A stretch of 33,115 bases of DNA. Source: Planctomycetota bacterium. Lineage in GTDB: Bacteria; Planctomycetota; Planctomycetia; Planctomycetales; Planctomycetaceae. The stretch lies in NCBI GenBank assembly GCA_029977045.1, contig JAPOLP010000001.1:1-33115 (forward strand), in the 5' to 3' direction. Position 1 is the stretch's first letter; each line of letters begins with the position of its first letter. The notes below the pieces were generated by a model. That model was not told where the DNA came from. It searched no databases and worked only from the letters and a program-made list of their open reading frames with translations. A program made the translations under genes and the position numbers. Shown piece after piece: positions 1 to 9,100 of the stretch.

Positions 1-440
1 ACGATCCCCTCCATCGCCTTGCGAATCTGCTCGGGCGAGGCTCCTCCGTCGTTGACGGCGAACTCAACAAACAGCAGGTCCGGCTTGTGCCGCAGCACGT
101 CGTTCTGCAGTCGGAAGACCCCGAGGTCAGACCCGGTGCCACCGATCGCCGCATGAATCTCCTCGACGATCGCCTTGGGATACTGTGCCGCGAACCACTG
201 TCGCGACTGCACTCGCCACCCCGGAGCCGCCGTGATGCTGCCGCCGAGGTACGCGATTTTAACCGACTTGCCAGCGTCCAGCTTCGCGCGAAAGTTCGGG
301 GTGCCACCGCGAGGGTAACATTCGACCGCCTCACGTCGCGGATAGTCGTCTTGAGCTGCCGATGTTTGAACGACCGCCCCAATCAGGAGCGAGCAGAGAG
401 TCAATCGAGTGAGCGTGTGATCGATTCGAGGAAGTCGCAT
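1..440 (-). CDS. SGNH/GDSL-family hydrolase, N-terminal part only (gene runs off the left edge)
   Basis: Absent from the ORF track because it has no stop inside the window. The reverse complement from ATG at 440-438 reads [146 protein letters not shown]... It has a signal-peptide-like N-terminus, an SGNH block I-like YLGGSIT, block II GGTGS and block III FAVND. The listed + ORF 87..476 is its Arg-rich antisense shadow. Confidence 0.7.
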   Translation of the reverse strand, partial: MRLPRIDHTLTRLTLCSLLIGAVVQTSAAQDDYPRREAVECYPRGGTPNFRAKLDAGKSVKIAYLGGSITAAPGWRVQSRQWFAAQYPKAIVEEIHAAIGGTGSDLGVFRLQNDVLRHKPDLLFVEFAVNDGGASPEQIRKAMEGI

Positions 441-727
441 CGGTGTTTCCGGCGAGTGGCTTGGTTCTCAGAGTAGAGTGGCGTGGGCGAACATTGGCGC
501 GTCCCATAATGAAAGCCCCAACGGGCCGGCCATATGTCAGTCCCAGGTGGCCTGGCCACCATATCGCACAAAGCCCCAACGGGGCGGCCCGAATAATCGT
601 CTCTGGGGCCGCCTTTTCAGGGCTCGCGTCCTTGTATCCACGGTTCTCCCCGGGCTGACATCGCGCCGGCCCTTCGGGCCTGAAATCCAATAATCACATA
701 GCCCGGTGGCCCGCATTTCAAAGCAGA
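441..727. repeat. Structured GC-rich intergenic spacer with REP-like units
   Basis: Direct repeat AAAGCCCCAACGGG(C/G)CGGCC at 512-531 and 570-589. Palindrome GGTGGCC-T-GGCCACC at 546-560. Hairpin GGCGGCCC (583-590) / GGGCCGCC (606-613) followed by TTTT (614-617) on the + strand. Hairpin GGCCC-TTC-GGGCC at 668-680. ORF-track entries 331..690(-), 443..658(+) and 478..693(+) are translations of this element rather than genes. Confidence 0.45.
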
Positions 728-2482
728 TTAGTTCGCCGGCTGAGGTGCCAGTGCCTGAAACTTCTTCAGCAGCTCGCGGTGTCGGGCGGTGAGTTCGTTG
801 AATTCGTCGCTGCCGCGTTTCAGGTCGGCTCGTTTGGCGATCAGAGCTTTGATCTCGACAGCCAGAGCGCGGCGTTCTTCCTGATTTCGTTGTTCGGTCG
901 GGTCGACCTGAACGACGGCGTCGTCCCAGTCGTCGGTACGGAACACGGAAGCCGGCAGGCCGGCGCTGTTGATCAGGTTGGCGCCTTCGGCGTTTGCCGC
1001 CCAGGCATAGCGCACGGCTACCGGTTTCCTGACGTTGCTGCTGCTGACCGTGACGGTGTCGGGTGCGGTGACGCGAGCGTCGGCCCAGTGCCAGACTTTG
1101 TCAGCTCCAGCAATTTCAAAGCGAGCCAGCTTGCCGCCATCGCGAACCTTCAGGCCCGACCCGGCGTGGTCGAACGTGACCTCGACGGCACCGTCTTTGA
1201 CGACGCTCGATCGGAACAGCGGGCCGCAGTAGACGAGGTCCGTCTGGCCGTAGTCCTTCGCGAGTGCCCATAACGCGAGACGTTCTCCGACATCATGTTT
1301 GTTCTTCGGATGAATGTCTTTCGCTTCGCCGATTTCGTTGATGATCGCCATGCCGGTCTTCGGAGTCGTCTGCAGAATGCGGCGCATCCGGTCCTGCAGC
1401 AGCGGCCAGGGATCATTGTTGCCCGGCTCGGTCGACGGATCCCGGTAGTTGGCGAGCTGCACGAAGTAAAACGAGAAGTCGTCGTCCCAGCGGGTTCGCC
1501 AGTCATTGATCAGCAGCAGCAGAGTCTGGTCGTACGGAACGGCTCCAGCTTTGGCGTTACCTTCGCCCTGGTACCAGATCGCTCCCCGCTGTGTGTAACC
1601 GACGAACGGGTTGATCATCGAGTTGAACAGCACGCCCGGCTGACCTTCGGTATCGAGTGCCCGTTTCGGCGCCGCCGGCTTCCGGGGACGCCGTCCGCGT
1701 TCGGCAGCTGGTTTCTTTTTCCACGCGGCGTCGGCATCTTCCCACTGCTTCAGTCGCTGTTCGTACGCGGCCTTGGCACGGACGGGATCGAAGTTCGCAT
1801 CAGAGGCGACAGCGGCATCGACGAGCTTCTTCGTGCCGGGCAGCGAGTTGAGTGCCTTGCGGCTCGTGAATGTCTCGACCGGTTTGCCGCCCCAGGCAGC
1901 CTTGATCACACCGACGGGAACTCCGAGTTCCGTGTGCAGCTTTCGGGCGAAGAAAAAGGCGACGGCCGAGTAGCCCGGAACGGTGTCAGGGCTGCAGAGT
2001 GTCCATTCGCCGGCGATATCGTCCTGCGGTTCGACCGCGGTGACAGTCGGGGCGTTGAACATCCGGATCTGCGGGAAGTCGGACTTCTCGATCACGTCGG
2101 CGTAGGCCGGCACCCGGTTCATCGTGAACACCATGTTCGACTGCCCGGATGCGAACCAGACCTCGCCGACCAGGACGTCCTGAATTGTGATTGTCTGCTT
2201 GCCAGGCAGTGACGTGATGCTCAGCGGAGCCCCCTGGGCATCAGCGGCTCCAGTCAGGATTCTGAGCTTCCAGTGTCCCTCATTGTCCGTCACGGTCGCT
2301 GCGCTTCGCCCCTTGAATGACACCGTGATCTGCGAGTTGAGATCGCCTTTGCCCCAGATGAGCACTGACTGCTCACGTTGCAGCACCATGTGGTCGCTGA
2401 AAAAGCTCGGCACCGACAGCTTGGCAAGTGCAGACACAGGTGCGAGGAGGCAGACAAGCAAAGCAGCAGACAGAATTCGCAT
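728..2482 (-). CDS. Sialate O-acetylesterase (SASA/DUF303-type carbohydrate esterase), exported
   Basis: ORF 728..2653(-). The internal ATG at 2482 gives a clean signal peptide, MRILSAALLVCLLAPVSALA, so it is the preferred start. SASA signature GEVWFASGQSNM and family-like blocks GVIKAAWGGKPVE and RGAIWYQGEGN are present. The C-terminal tail is charged and coiled-coil-like (EQRNQEERRALAVEIKALIAKRADLKR...). Stop TAA at 730-728. Confidence 0.85.
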   Translation of the reverse strand: MRILSAALLVCLLAPVSALAKLSVPSFFSDHMVLQREQSVLIWGKGDLNSQITVSFKGRSAATVTDNEGHWKLRILTGAADAQGAPLSITSLPGKQTITIQDVLVGEVWFASGQSNMVFTMNRVPAYADVIEKSDFPQIRMFNAPTVTAVEPQDDIAGEWTLCSPDTVPGYSAVAFFFARKLHTELGVPVGVIKAAWGGKPVETFTSRKALNSLPGTKKLVDAAVASDANFDPVRAKAAYEQRLKQWEDADAAWKKKPAAERGRRPRKPAAPKRALDTEGQPGVLFNSMINPFVGYTQRGAIWYQGEGNAKAGAVPYDQTLLLLINDWRTRWDDDFSFYFVQLANYRDPSTEPGNNDPWPLLQDRMRRILQTTPKTGMAIINEIGEAKDIHPKNKHDVGERLALWALAKDYGQTDLVYCGPLFRSSVVKDGAVEVTFDHAGSGLKVRDGGKLARFEIAGADKVWHWADARVTAPDTVTVSSSNVRKPVAVRYAWAANAEGANLINSAGLPASVFRTDDWDDAVVQVDPTEQRNQEERRALAVEIKALIAKRADLKRGSDEFNELTARHRELLKKFQALAPQPAN

Positions 2483-2731
2483 GGCGGTTCCCTGTTGGTT
2501 CAAATCGGCATGGCAATCGCGAGTACTCAGAATCAAATCTCTGAGCACACCGTCGCGGCGGCAGGAGGATACAAGACACGAATCCCGTGCGGATCTCAGC
2601 GGATGAAAATTCGGCGCATTGACATCTGAATTCGTGTCGTACCGGTCTCGCACGAGTATCGAAAGCCCGCTGAGGGCTCACTGCTCTCGGCAGCCAGCCG
2701 CTTGGTTCAATCGGTGTGGGAATCTGTTTGA

Positions 2732-2758
2732 CAGACTGACTTGCAAGCCGTCAGTCTG
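2732..2758. promoter_or_regulatory. Perfect 9-bp inverted repeat in the divergent esterase/DUF1501 intergenic region
   Basis: CAGACTGAC (2732-2740), 9-nt spacer TTGCAAGCC, GTCAGTCTG (2750-2758). It lies about 70 nt upstream of the DUF1501 ATG (2830), so it is a candidate operator or 5' UTR hairpin. The function is only inferred. Confidence 0.3.
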
Positions 2759-2829
2759 CTCCGCGCCTGGCGTCAACTCATCCGCCGACGGCTCCGCTCA
2801 AATCACTGCCTGTTCCAGAGGTTTCCCCC

Positions 2830-4176
2830 ATGCTGCTGCACAATCGCCGCGACCTGCTGCGAGTAGGAAGTCTTGGCCTGATGGGAGTGTCGCTGCCGCA
2901 GGTCCTTTCCGCTGAGCAGGCAAATGGCACAACGCCGGACGGCCTGATTGCCAGCGCGGACGCCTGCGTGGTCATCTTTTTGAACGGAGGACCATCGCAC
3001 CTGGACATGTGGGATTTGAAGCCCGATGCGCCCGATGGAATTCGCGGCGAGTTCAAACCGATCGTCACCAGCGTGCCGGGCTATCAGATGTCCGAGCACC
3101 TGCCGCGGCTGGCTCAGCAGGCTCACCGTTCGACGATTGTTCGGTCGATGCACCACGGCGTGAACAACGCTCACGCGGCAGCCGTTTACGCGGCAATGAC
3201 CGGGCACGATCGCGGTGAGATCGGAGGCGGAGCGCGGCCCAGCGATTACCCGACACCGGGATCGGTCGTCAGCATGATCCGCCCGCCGGAACAGAACGCC
3301 GTCTCGCACGTCGTCCTCCCGTACATCACGAAAGAAGGTGCCGCCGGACCACCTCAGCCTGGCTTCTTTGCCGGCATCCTGGGTGGCACGCACGACCCTC
3401 TATTTGTGCTCAAGGATCCCAACTCACCGGAGTTCTCTGTCCCGGAACTCACGCTGCAGACGGGCATCTCCGCCGAGCGTCTCTCGGTGCGAAAAGCTCT
3501 GTTTCAGGATCTCGATCAAAGAGTTCAATCTCAGTTCCGCGCGAAGGCAATGTCCGGTCTGCAGGGTCGCGCGATTGACCTGCTGACTTCCGAGGCTGCA
3601 CAGCGGGCGTTCCGGATTTCGGACGAACCGGATTCCGTGCGGGACGCGTACGGTCGCAACATTTACGGCCAGAGCACGCTGCTGGCACGACGGCTGATCG
3701 AGGCCGGCACGCGACTGGTCACGCTGTCCTGGGCTCCAGACGCCAACGCCACCTGGGACACGCACGGCAGCAACTTCAAGAGCCTGAAGGAACGCCTGCT
3801 GCCGGAACTCGACGCCGCGTGTTCGAGCCTCATCAGTGATCTCGCCGATCGCGGAATGCTCGATCGGACGGTCATCGCGATCATGGGCGACTTCGGTCGG
3901 ACGCCGAAGATCAACGGCAACAACGCGGGTCGCGACCACTGGAACTACTGCTACAGCCTGATGCTCGCCGGCGGCGGGTTTGCTCAAGGGCAGATCTACG
4001 GAACCAGCGACGCGACGGGAGCTTTCCCGGCCATATCACCACTGATCCCCGGCGACATCATCTCAACGATCTACCGCTGCCTGGGCATCCGCCACGACCG
4101 CCTGATCTACGACCAGATCGCCCGCCCGCACCGCCTCGTTCCGACGGGAGACGTCGTGCCCGCGCTGCTCGGCTGA
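2830..4176 (+). CDS. DUF1501 domain protein (sulfatase/alkaline-phosphatase-like fold) with Tat-type leader
   Basis: ATG at 2830. Twin-arginine-like N-terminus MLLHNRRDLLRVGSLGLMG. Typical DUF1501 blocks VIFLNGGPSHLDMWDLKPDAP, MGDFGRTPKIN and GRDHWNYCYSLMLAGGG. No DUF1549/DUF1553 partner is adjacent. Confidence 0.9.
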   Translation: MLLHNRRDLLRVGSLGLMGVSLPQVLSAEQANGTTPDGLIASADACVVIFLNGGPSHLDMWDLKPDAPDGIRGEFKPIVTSVPGYQMSEHLPRLAQQAHRSTIVRSMHHGVNNAHAAAVYAAMTGHDRGEIGGGARPSDYPTPGSVVSMIRPPEQNAVSHVVLPYITKEGAAGPPQPGFFAGILGGTHDPLFVLKDPNSPEFSVPELTLQTGISAERLSVRKALFQDLDQRVQSQFRAKAMSGLQGRAIDLLTSEAAQRAFRISDEPDSVRDAYGRNIYGQSTLLARRLIEAGTRLVTLSWAPDANATWDTHGSNFKSLKERLLPELDAACSSLISDLADRGMLDRTVIAIMGDFGRTPKINGNNAGRDHWNYCYSLMLAGGGFAQGQIYGTSDATGAFPAISPLIPGDIISTIYRCLGIRHDRLIYDQIARPHRLVPTGDVVPALLG

Positions 4177-4618
4177 CGTGTGATGAACTGAGATCGAAAA
4201 GCGACGGCGGATTGTGCTCGCCTGCCGGATGAGTCACCCGAGTCACAGTCGCGTCCATGCATAGCGACAGCGGCAAGGTCGTATTCCTGCACTGCCCGTG
4301 AGCTATATCTGAACTGCTCTGGTGTCGGTTAAGCACCAGATAATCAGCCTCATTGGCGTTATCGCCCAGGTCCCAATCCCGGACTGGCTTGATGACCGAT
4401 GTGCCCAAGCAACGGTGATACCGCCAATCAGGAGGCAAAATCAGCACGCCAATGTGCGACTGCTCCGTCTGGCACCGAAAATTCTTCAAGTTTCCCAGGG
4501 TGTCTGTCGATTTGCGTAAAGTGGGCACCGCACTGGGGACTTGAGTATGCGCATTTGCAGAGCAGGAAATACGTTCGGAAACAGCCGCCGGACGCTGTTT
4601 TCGTCGTTATCCACGAGC

Positions 4619-6085
4619 ATGAGCAGGCACGTGTCTGCCAGCGCAGCCTTGTTTGCCTTGATAAGCCTTACGTTCCCTGTACAGGCCTCGGCACTAGACG
4701 ATTCAGCGGCTTTTCAGGTTACCTCGTCCGCCAGATCTTCAACCATCACTCGCGGCGACGACGTCGCAGCCACTGCCGTCCGGACAGCGTCTCACTGGTC
4801 ACCTGCATCAAAAACCCCGCAGCCAACAACTCTGAAATCTGACCGCGGTACCCAGCATTCGTGTCGGCATCCGCAGTCGTGCCACCACAATGCGTGCTCG
4901 GCACAGACTGCCGGTTGTGGCATCCAGTGCGGGAGTCCACGAACCGCCGGCTGCTGCCAACCCAGCTCGCTCCAATGCTGTGCCTGGTACTGCGATCCCA
5001 ACGACTCACTCCTGCACTTCCGGGTCGAACACCTGCAATGGTGGAGCAGCGGGATGAATCTGCCTCCATTGGCCACGATGAGTCCGCCGGGCACTCCCGT
5101 GAATCAGGCCGGAGTCCTCGGCGCGCCGGGGACCGAAATCCTCTACGGTGGAACTCGAATCTTCGATCATTCCCTCCCCGGCGGACGCTACACAGCCACG
5201 TACTGGTGGGATGAGTGCTCTCCGCTCGCAGTCGAGGCGGAATACTTCGGCATCTTCGAGGCCGCCGAGAGATTCCAGGCAGGCTCTCCAACCGACACCG
5301 TCTCCCGTCCGTTCATCAACGCCTTGAACGATATGGAAGACGCGGAACTCGTTTCCTATCCCGGCCTGCTGGACGGCACGACGAGTGCCGTTGCTCACAC
5401 CGAACTCCATTCCGCGACTGCGAGGCTGCGGTACGACTTCAGCCGGGCCAACACGCCGACCAGTCTCGACTGGAAAGATCGCTTGTCGCGACGCTTTACC
5501 GCGAGCATCGGATACCGGTACGCCCAACTCGGCGAAGACCTGACCATTCGCGAAGACCTGACGGACCCTGCTCCCCCGTCAACTGACTTCGATATTCGTG
5601 ACACGTTCGACACCGAGAATCACTTCCACGGCAGCGAACTCGGACTCGCCTGCGAACTCGAAGACGGTCGCTGGTCTGTCGATCTGGATGCGAAACTGTC
5701 GCTGGGCAGTAACAGCCAGAAGGTCCGCATCAATGGCGAGACGACGATCACGACGATGGGAGTCCCCGCGACGTACACCGGCGGGCTGCTGACTCAGACA
5801 TCGAACATTGGAAAGTACGACCGAAGCCGGTTCACAGCGATCCCCGAACTGGGAGCCAGCATCGGATACCGCGTTCACAAGAACGCACGATTGGTCGTCG
5901 GCTACCGACTGCTCATCTGGCCGGACGTCGTTCGGCCGGGCGATCAGATCGACCGCACGGTCAATCCCAACCTGTTGCCACCCTCCACTCCGCCCGTCGC
6001 CGGACCTCAACGCCCCGAATTCGGCTTTCGCGAAGTGAACTTTGTGGCTCAGGCACTTTCGATCGGCTGCGAATTTAAGCGCTGA
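4619..6085 (+). CDS. BBP7-family outer-membrane beta-barrel protein
   Basis: ORF 4541..6085 starts at a TTG. The ATG at 4619 gives a canonical signal peptide, MSRHVSASAALFALISLTFPVQASA. A Cys/Gln-rich N-terminal segment is followed by the BBP7-like block HFRVEHLQWWSSGMNLPPLATMSPPGTPVNQAGVLGAPGTEILYGG...GGRYTATYWWDE...VEAEYFGIFE. The alternating beta-strand-like C-terminal half ends ...ALSIGCEFKR. Confidence 0.75.
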   Translation: MSRHVSASAALFALISLTFPVQASALDDSAAFQVTSSARSSTITRGDDVAATAVRTASHWSPASKTPQPTTLKSDRGTQHSCRHPQSCHHNACSAQTAGCGIQCGSPRTAGCCQPSSLQCCAWYCDPNDSLLHFRVEHLQWWSSGMNLPPLATMSPPGTPVNQAGVLGAPGTEILYGGTRIFDHSLPGGRYTATYWWDECSPLAVEAEYFGIFEAAERFQAGSPTDTVSRPFINALNDMEDAELVSYPGLLDGTTSAVAHTELHSATARLRYDFSRANTPTSLDWKDRLSRRFTASIGYRYAQLGEDLTIREDLTDPAPPSTDFDIRDTFDTENHFHGSELGLACELEDGRWSVDLDAKLSLGSNSQKVRINGETTITTMGVPATYTGGLLTQTSNIGKYDRSRFTAIPELGASIGYRVHKNARLVVGYRLLIWPDVVRPGDQIDRTVNPNLLPPSTPPVAGPQRPEFGFREVNFVAQALSIGCEFKR

Positions 6086-6190
6086 TATCTCGAAGCACAC
6101 CCCGGTGCTTTGAGACTGCTCCTGGCCGACTCATTCGATTCCCGCTGCTGGACGCCAATCTTCGGCGCCCGGTTACGATTGAGGTGTGAA

Positions 6191-9100
6191 ATGCGACTGC
6201 GCACGTGGCTTGACGGCGTATTGAACAGACTTTCCACGTGGTGGCAGCCCGCCCGTCGACGATTTCGCAGAAACTACCTGTCTGCAACTGCGCCTCAATA
6301 TCTTGAACCTCGCCTGTTACTGACAATCGACAATCTCGCCTCAATCAGTGGAGTCGTTTACGACGACCTGACCGACAATGGCCTGACTGGCGATGACATA
6401 CGACAGCAGAACGTGCAGGTCGAACTCTTTCAGGACGGCGGTAACGGGACGTTCGATTCCGGAACCGGAGACGACACGTCGCTGGGAACGCTGATGACAG
6501 ACGCTTCCGGCGAGTATCTGTTTGAACGGCTGCAGGCCGGCCGCTACTTCGTGCAGCAGAGTGCGATCGGCGGTCTCATTCAGCGGTCCGGCGACGACGT
6601 CGCCACGATTGACATCTCCGGCACAGACGCGGAAGGCGTGGTCGGGACAATCATCGACAGGTTCGATGATCCGGATCCGCCTCCAGATCCTCCACAGGGA
6701 GCGTCAGCCTCTTCCGCTGGCTCACTGATTGGCTCATCCTCAGTCAGCACGATGGAAGTCATCGGTGGCGAGCGAGACCTCACGATCAAACTGACGTCCG
6801 CCACTGGCGGCGTGTCGCTGAATGTCAACGCCTTCAATCTGGAACTGCTCGAATTCAATTCGAGCACCACCGGGGGAGGCCGAGGGACGGTCGTGTGGGA
6901 CGGCACTGACAGCGACCCACTGACGCTCGACCCAACGGGACTCGGAGGGATCGATCTGACCGGCGGCGGAGCCAGTGACGGCTTCCGACTGACAGCGGGG
7001 GTCGACCAGAACGGCGTGACCGTCACCGTGCGGGTTCACACCGACGCCACGAGTTACTCGGAAGGCACGTGGACCGTCACGAATACCGGCGGAGGCAGTA
7101 TCGACGCTCTGTACATCCCGTTTGCGGACTTTGTGCAGGGCGCCACGGCCACTGCTCAGGTCGATTTCGCGAACGTCGGCGCGATCGAAATGCAGATCAA
7201 CGGCGTGATCGCTGCCGACGGCCAGTTCGGTGAATTCTCGACCCTGGGCCCGAACATCACCACCGCCAACTTCGCGAACTTCCAGCCACTGAGCCTCGGC
7301 AACCTGGTCTGGGACGACATCAACAACAACGGCGTTTTTGATTCCGGCACCGAAAGCGGAATCCCGGATGTCACCGTCGAACTCTACGCGGACACCGACA
7401 GCAACGGAGCGTTTACTCCAGGCACCGACACGCTTCTGACATCGACCACGACCGACGGAAGCGGCGGGTACCTGTTCTCGAATCTGTTTCCCGGTGACTA
7501 CGTTCTGAGGATTCCTCAGTCAGAGTTTGAACCTGGAGGTGATCTGGAAGAACTCTCCGCGAGCAGCTCCGGCAACGATCCAGCTCCCGACCCCGACACA
7601 GATATCAACAACGACGACAACGGGACGCTGCTGGCAGGCCAGGGCGCAGTCACTCAGGCCGTAACGCTCCTGGCGAATTCTGAACCGGCTAACGACGGTG
7701 ACGCCGACACGGACAGCAACCTCGCCGTCGACTTCGGTTTCTTCCAGCCGATCGACCTGCAGATCACGAAGGCCGACTCCGCCGACCCGGTCAACGCTAG
7801 CGCAGCCTTCTTCTACACACTGACCGTCACGAATAACGGCCCCGAAACAGCAACCGGCGTCGTGGCCACTGACGTTCTCCCCGCCGGGCTCACTTACGTC
7901 TCCAGTTCAGTAACTCAGGGGACCGTCAGCGAATCTGGCGGCACCGTCACGGCTTCCATTGGAACGCTGGCACTCGGCGCATCAGCAAACGTCACGATCA
8001 ACGTCACCGCCGACGCCAGCACGTCGGGCACAGTGATCAACAACGCGTCAATCACTGGCGACCAATTCGATGTCGACGCGTCCAACAACACGACGAACGA
8101 ACCAACGACCGTGACTCCGGTCGTCGATCTTTCGATCACGAAATCAGACAACCCCGACCCGGTCGACTCCGGAGCAACGCTTGCCTACACGATCGTGGTG
8201 ACGAACAACGGGCCGTCGACGGCAACCGGGGTCGTCATGACCGACACGCTGCCGGCAGGCGTCACCTTCACGTCCGCCAGTACGACAAACGGTACCGTCG
8301 GCGCGGCAGGCAATATCGTGACGGCCAACCTGGGCACTCTGGCAAGCGGTGCTTCAGCCACCATCCTCGTCAACGTCCGAGTCGACGATTCGACGCTCGG
8401 TTCGATCCTCAACACTGCCGTTGTCACAGCGAACGAGACCGAACTCAACCTCGCGAACAATACGGCAAACGAGCCGACGCTGGTCAATCCGCTGGTGGAT
8501 GTGAGCGTCGTCAAGTCCGACGACATCGATCCGGTGAGTGCCGGTTCTCAGCTGACCTACACGCTGGTCGTCTCGAATTCCGGCCCCTCGACCGCCACTG
8601 GTGTCACTCTGACCGACATTCTGCCGGCGGGCGTCAGCTTCAGTTCCGGAAGCGCGACGCAGGGCTCCGTCAGTGAGTCGATGGGCACGATCACCGCGAC
8701 ACTCGGAACACTCGCGTCGGGCGACAGCGAAACCATCACCGTTGTCGTCGACGTCGCGGACACAACGTCGGGGACAATACTCAACACGGCTTCAGTCACG
8801 ACGAATGAGCCGGACTCGAATCTAGCGAATAATACGGCCAACGAGCCGACGACCGTTGTTCCGGTCATCGATCTTGAAGTCACCAAGTCAGACAACCCGG
8901 ACCCGGTGAACGCCGGCGGAACACTGACCTACACGGTGCTCGTCACGAACAACGGCCCGTCACCGGCGACGAACGTCATGCTGACCGACGCTCTGCCGGG
9001 CGAGGTTTCGTTTGATTCAGCGACTCCGAGCCAGGGGACCGTGTCCGAATCCGGTGGCACCGTTACGGCAAGTCTCGGCTCGCTCGCGAGCGGTGCGTCA

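Noticed and set aside
87-690. ORFs 87..476(+), 331..690(-), 443..658(+) and 478..693(+).
   Set aside because: The first is the antisense shadow of the partial SGNH hydrolase. The others are translations of the REP-like spacer (SPNGAA / PFGPE-type peptides) with no coding signature.
2483-2653. The 57-codon N-terminal extension of the sialate O-acetylesterase ORF.
   Set aside because: The internal ATG at 2482 yields a canonical signal peptide. The extension (MRDRYDTNSDVNAPNFHPLRSARDS...) lacks any signal or domain character.
4058-4528. ORFs 4058..4528(-), 4322..4519(+) and 4399..4842(+) in the unusually long (about 440 bp), less GC-rich spacer upstream of the BBP7 gene.
   Set aside because: They overlap the DUF1501 3' end or the BBP7 5' end and have no recognisable motifs or start context. 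The spacer may hold a promoter or 5' UTR, but I cannot support a gene or ncRNA there.
6110-6190. The TTG-initiated 27-codon N-terminal extension of the giant adhesin in the ORF track.
   Set aside because: The ATG at 6191 has a GAGG Shine-Dalgarno-like sequence 6 nt upstream. The extension begins within the weak hairpin (6093-6110) that follows the BBP7 stop.
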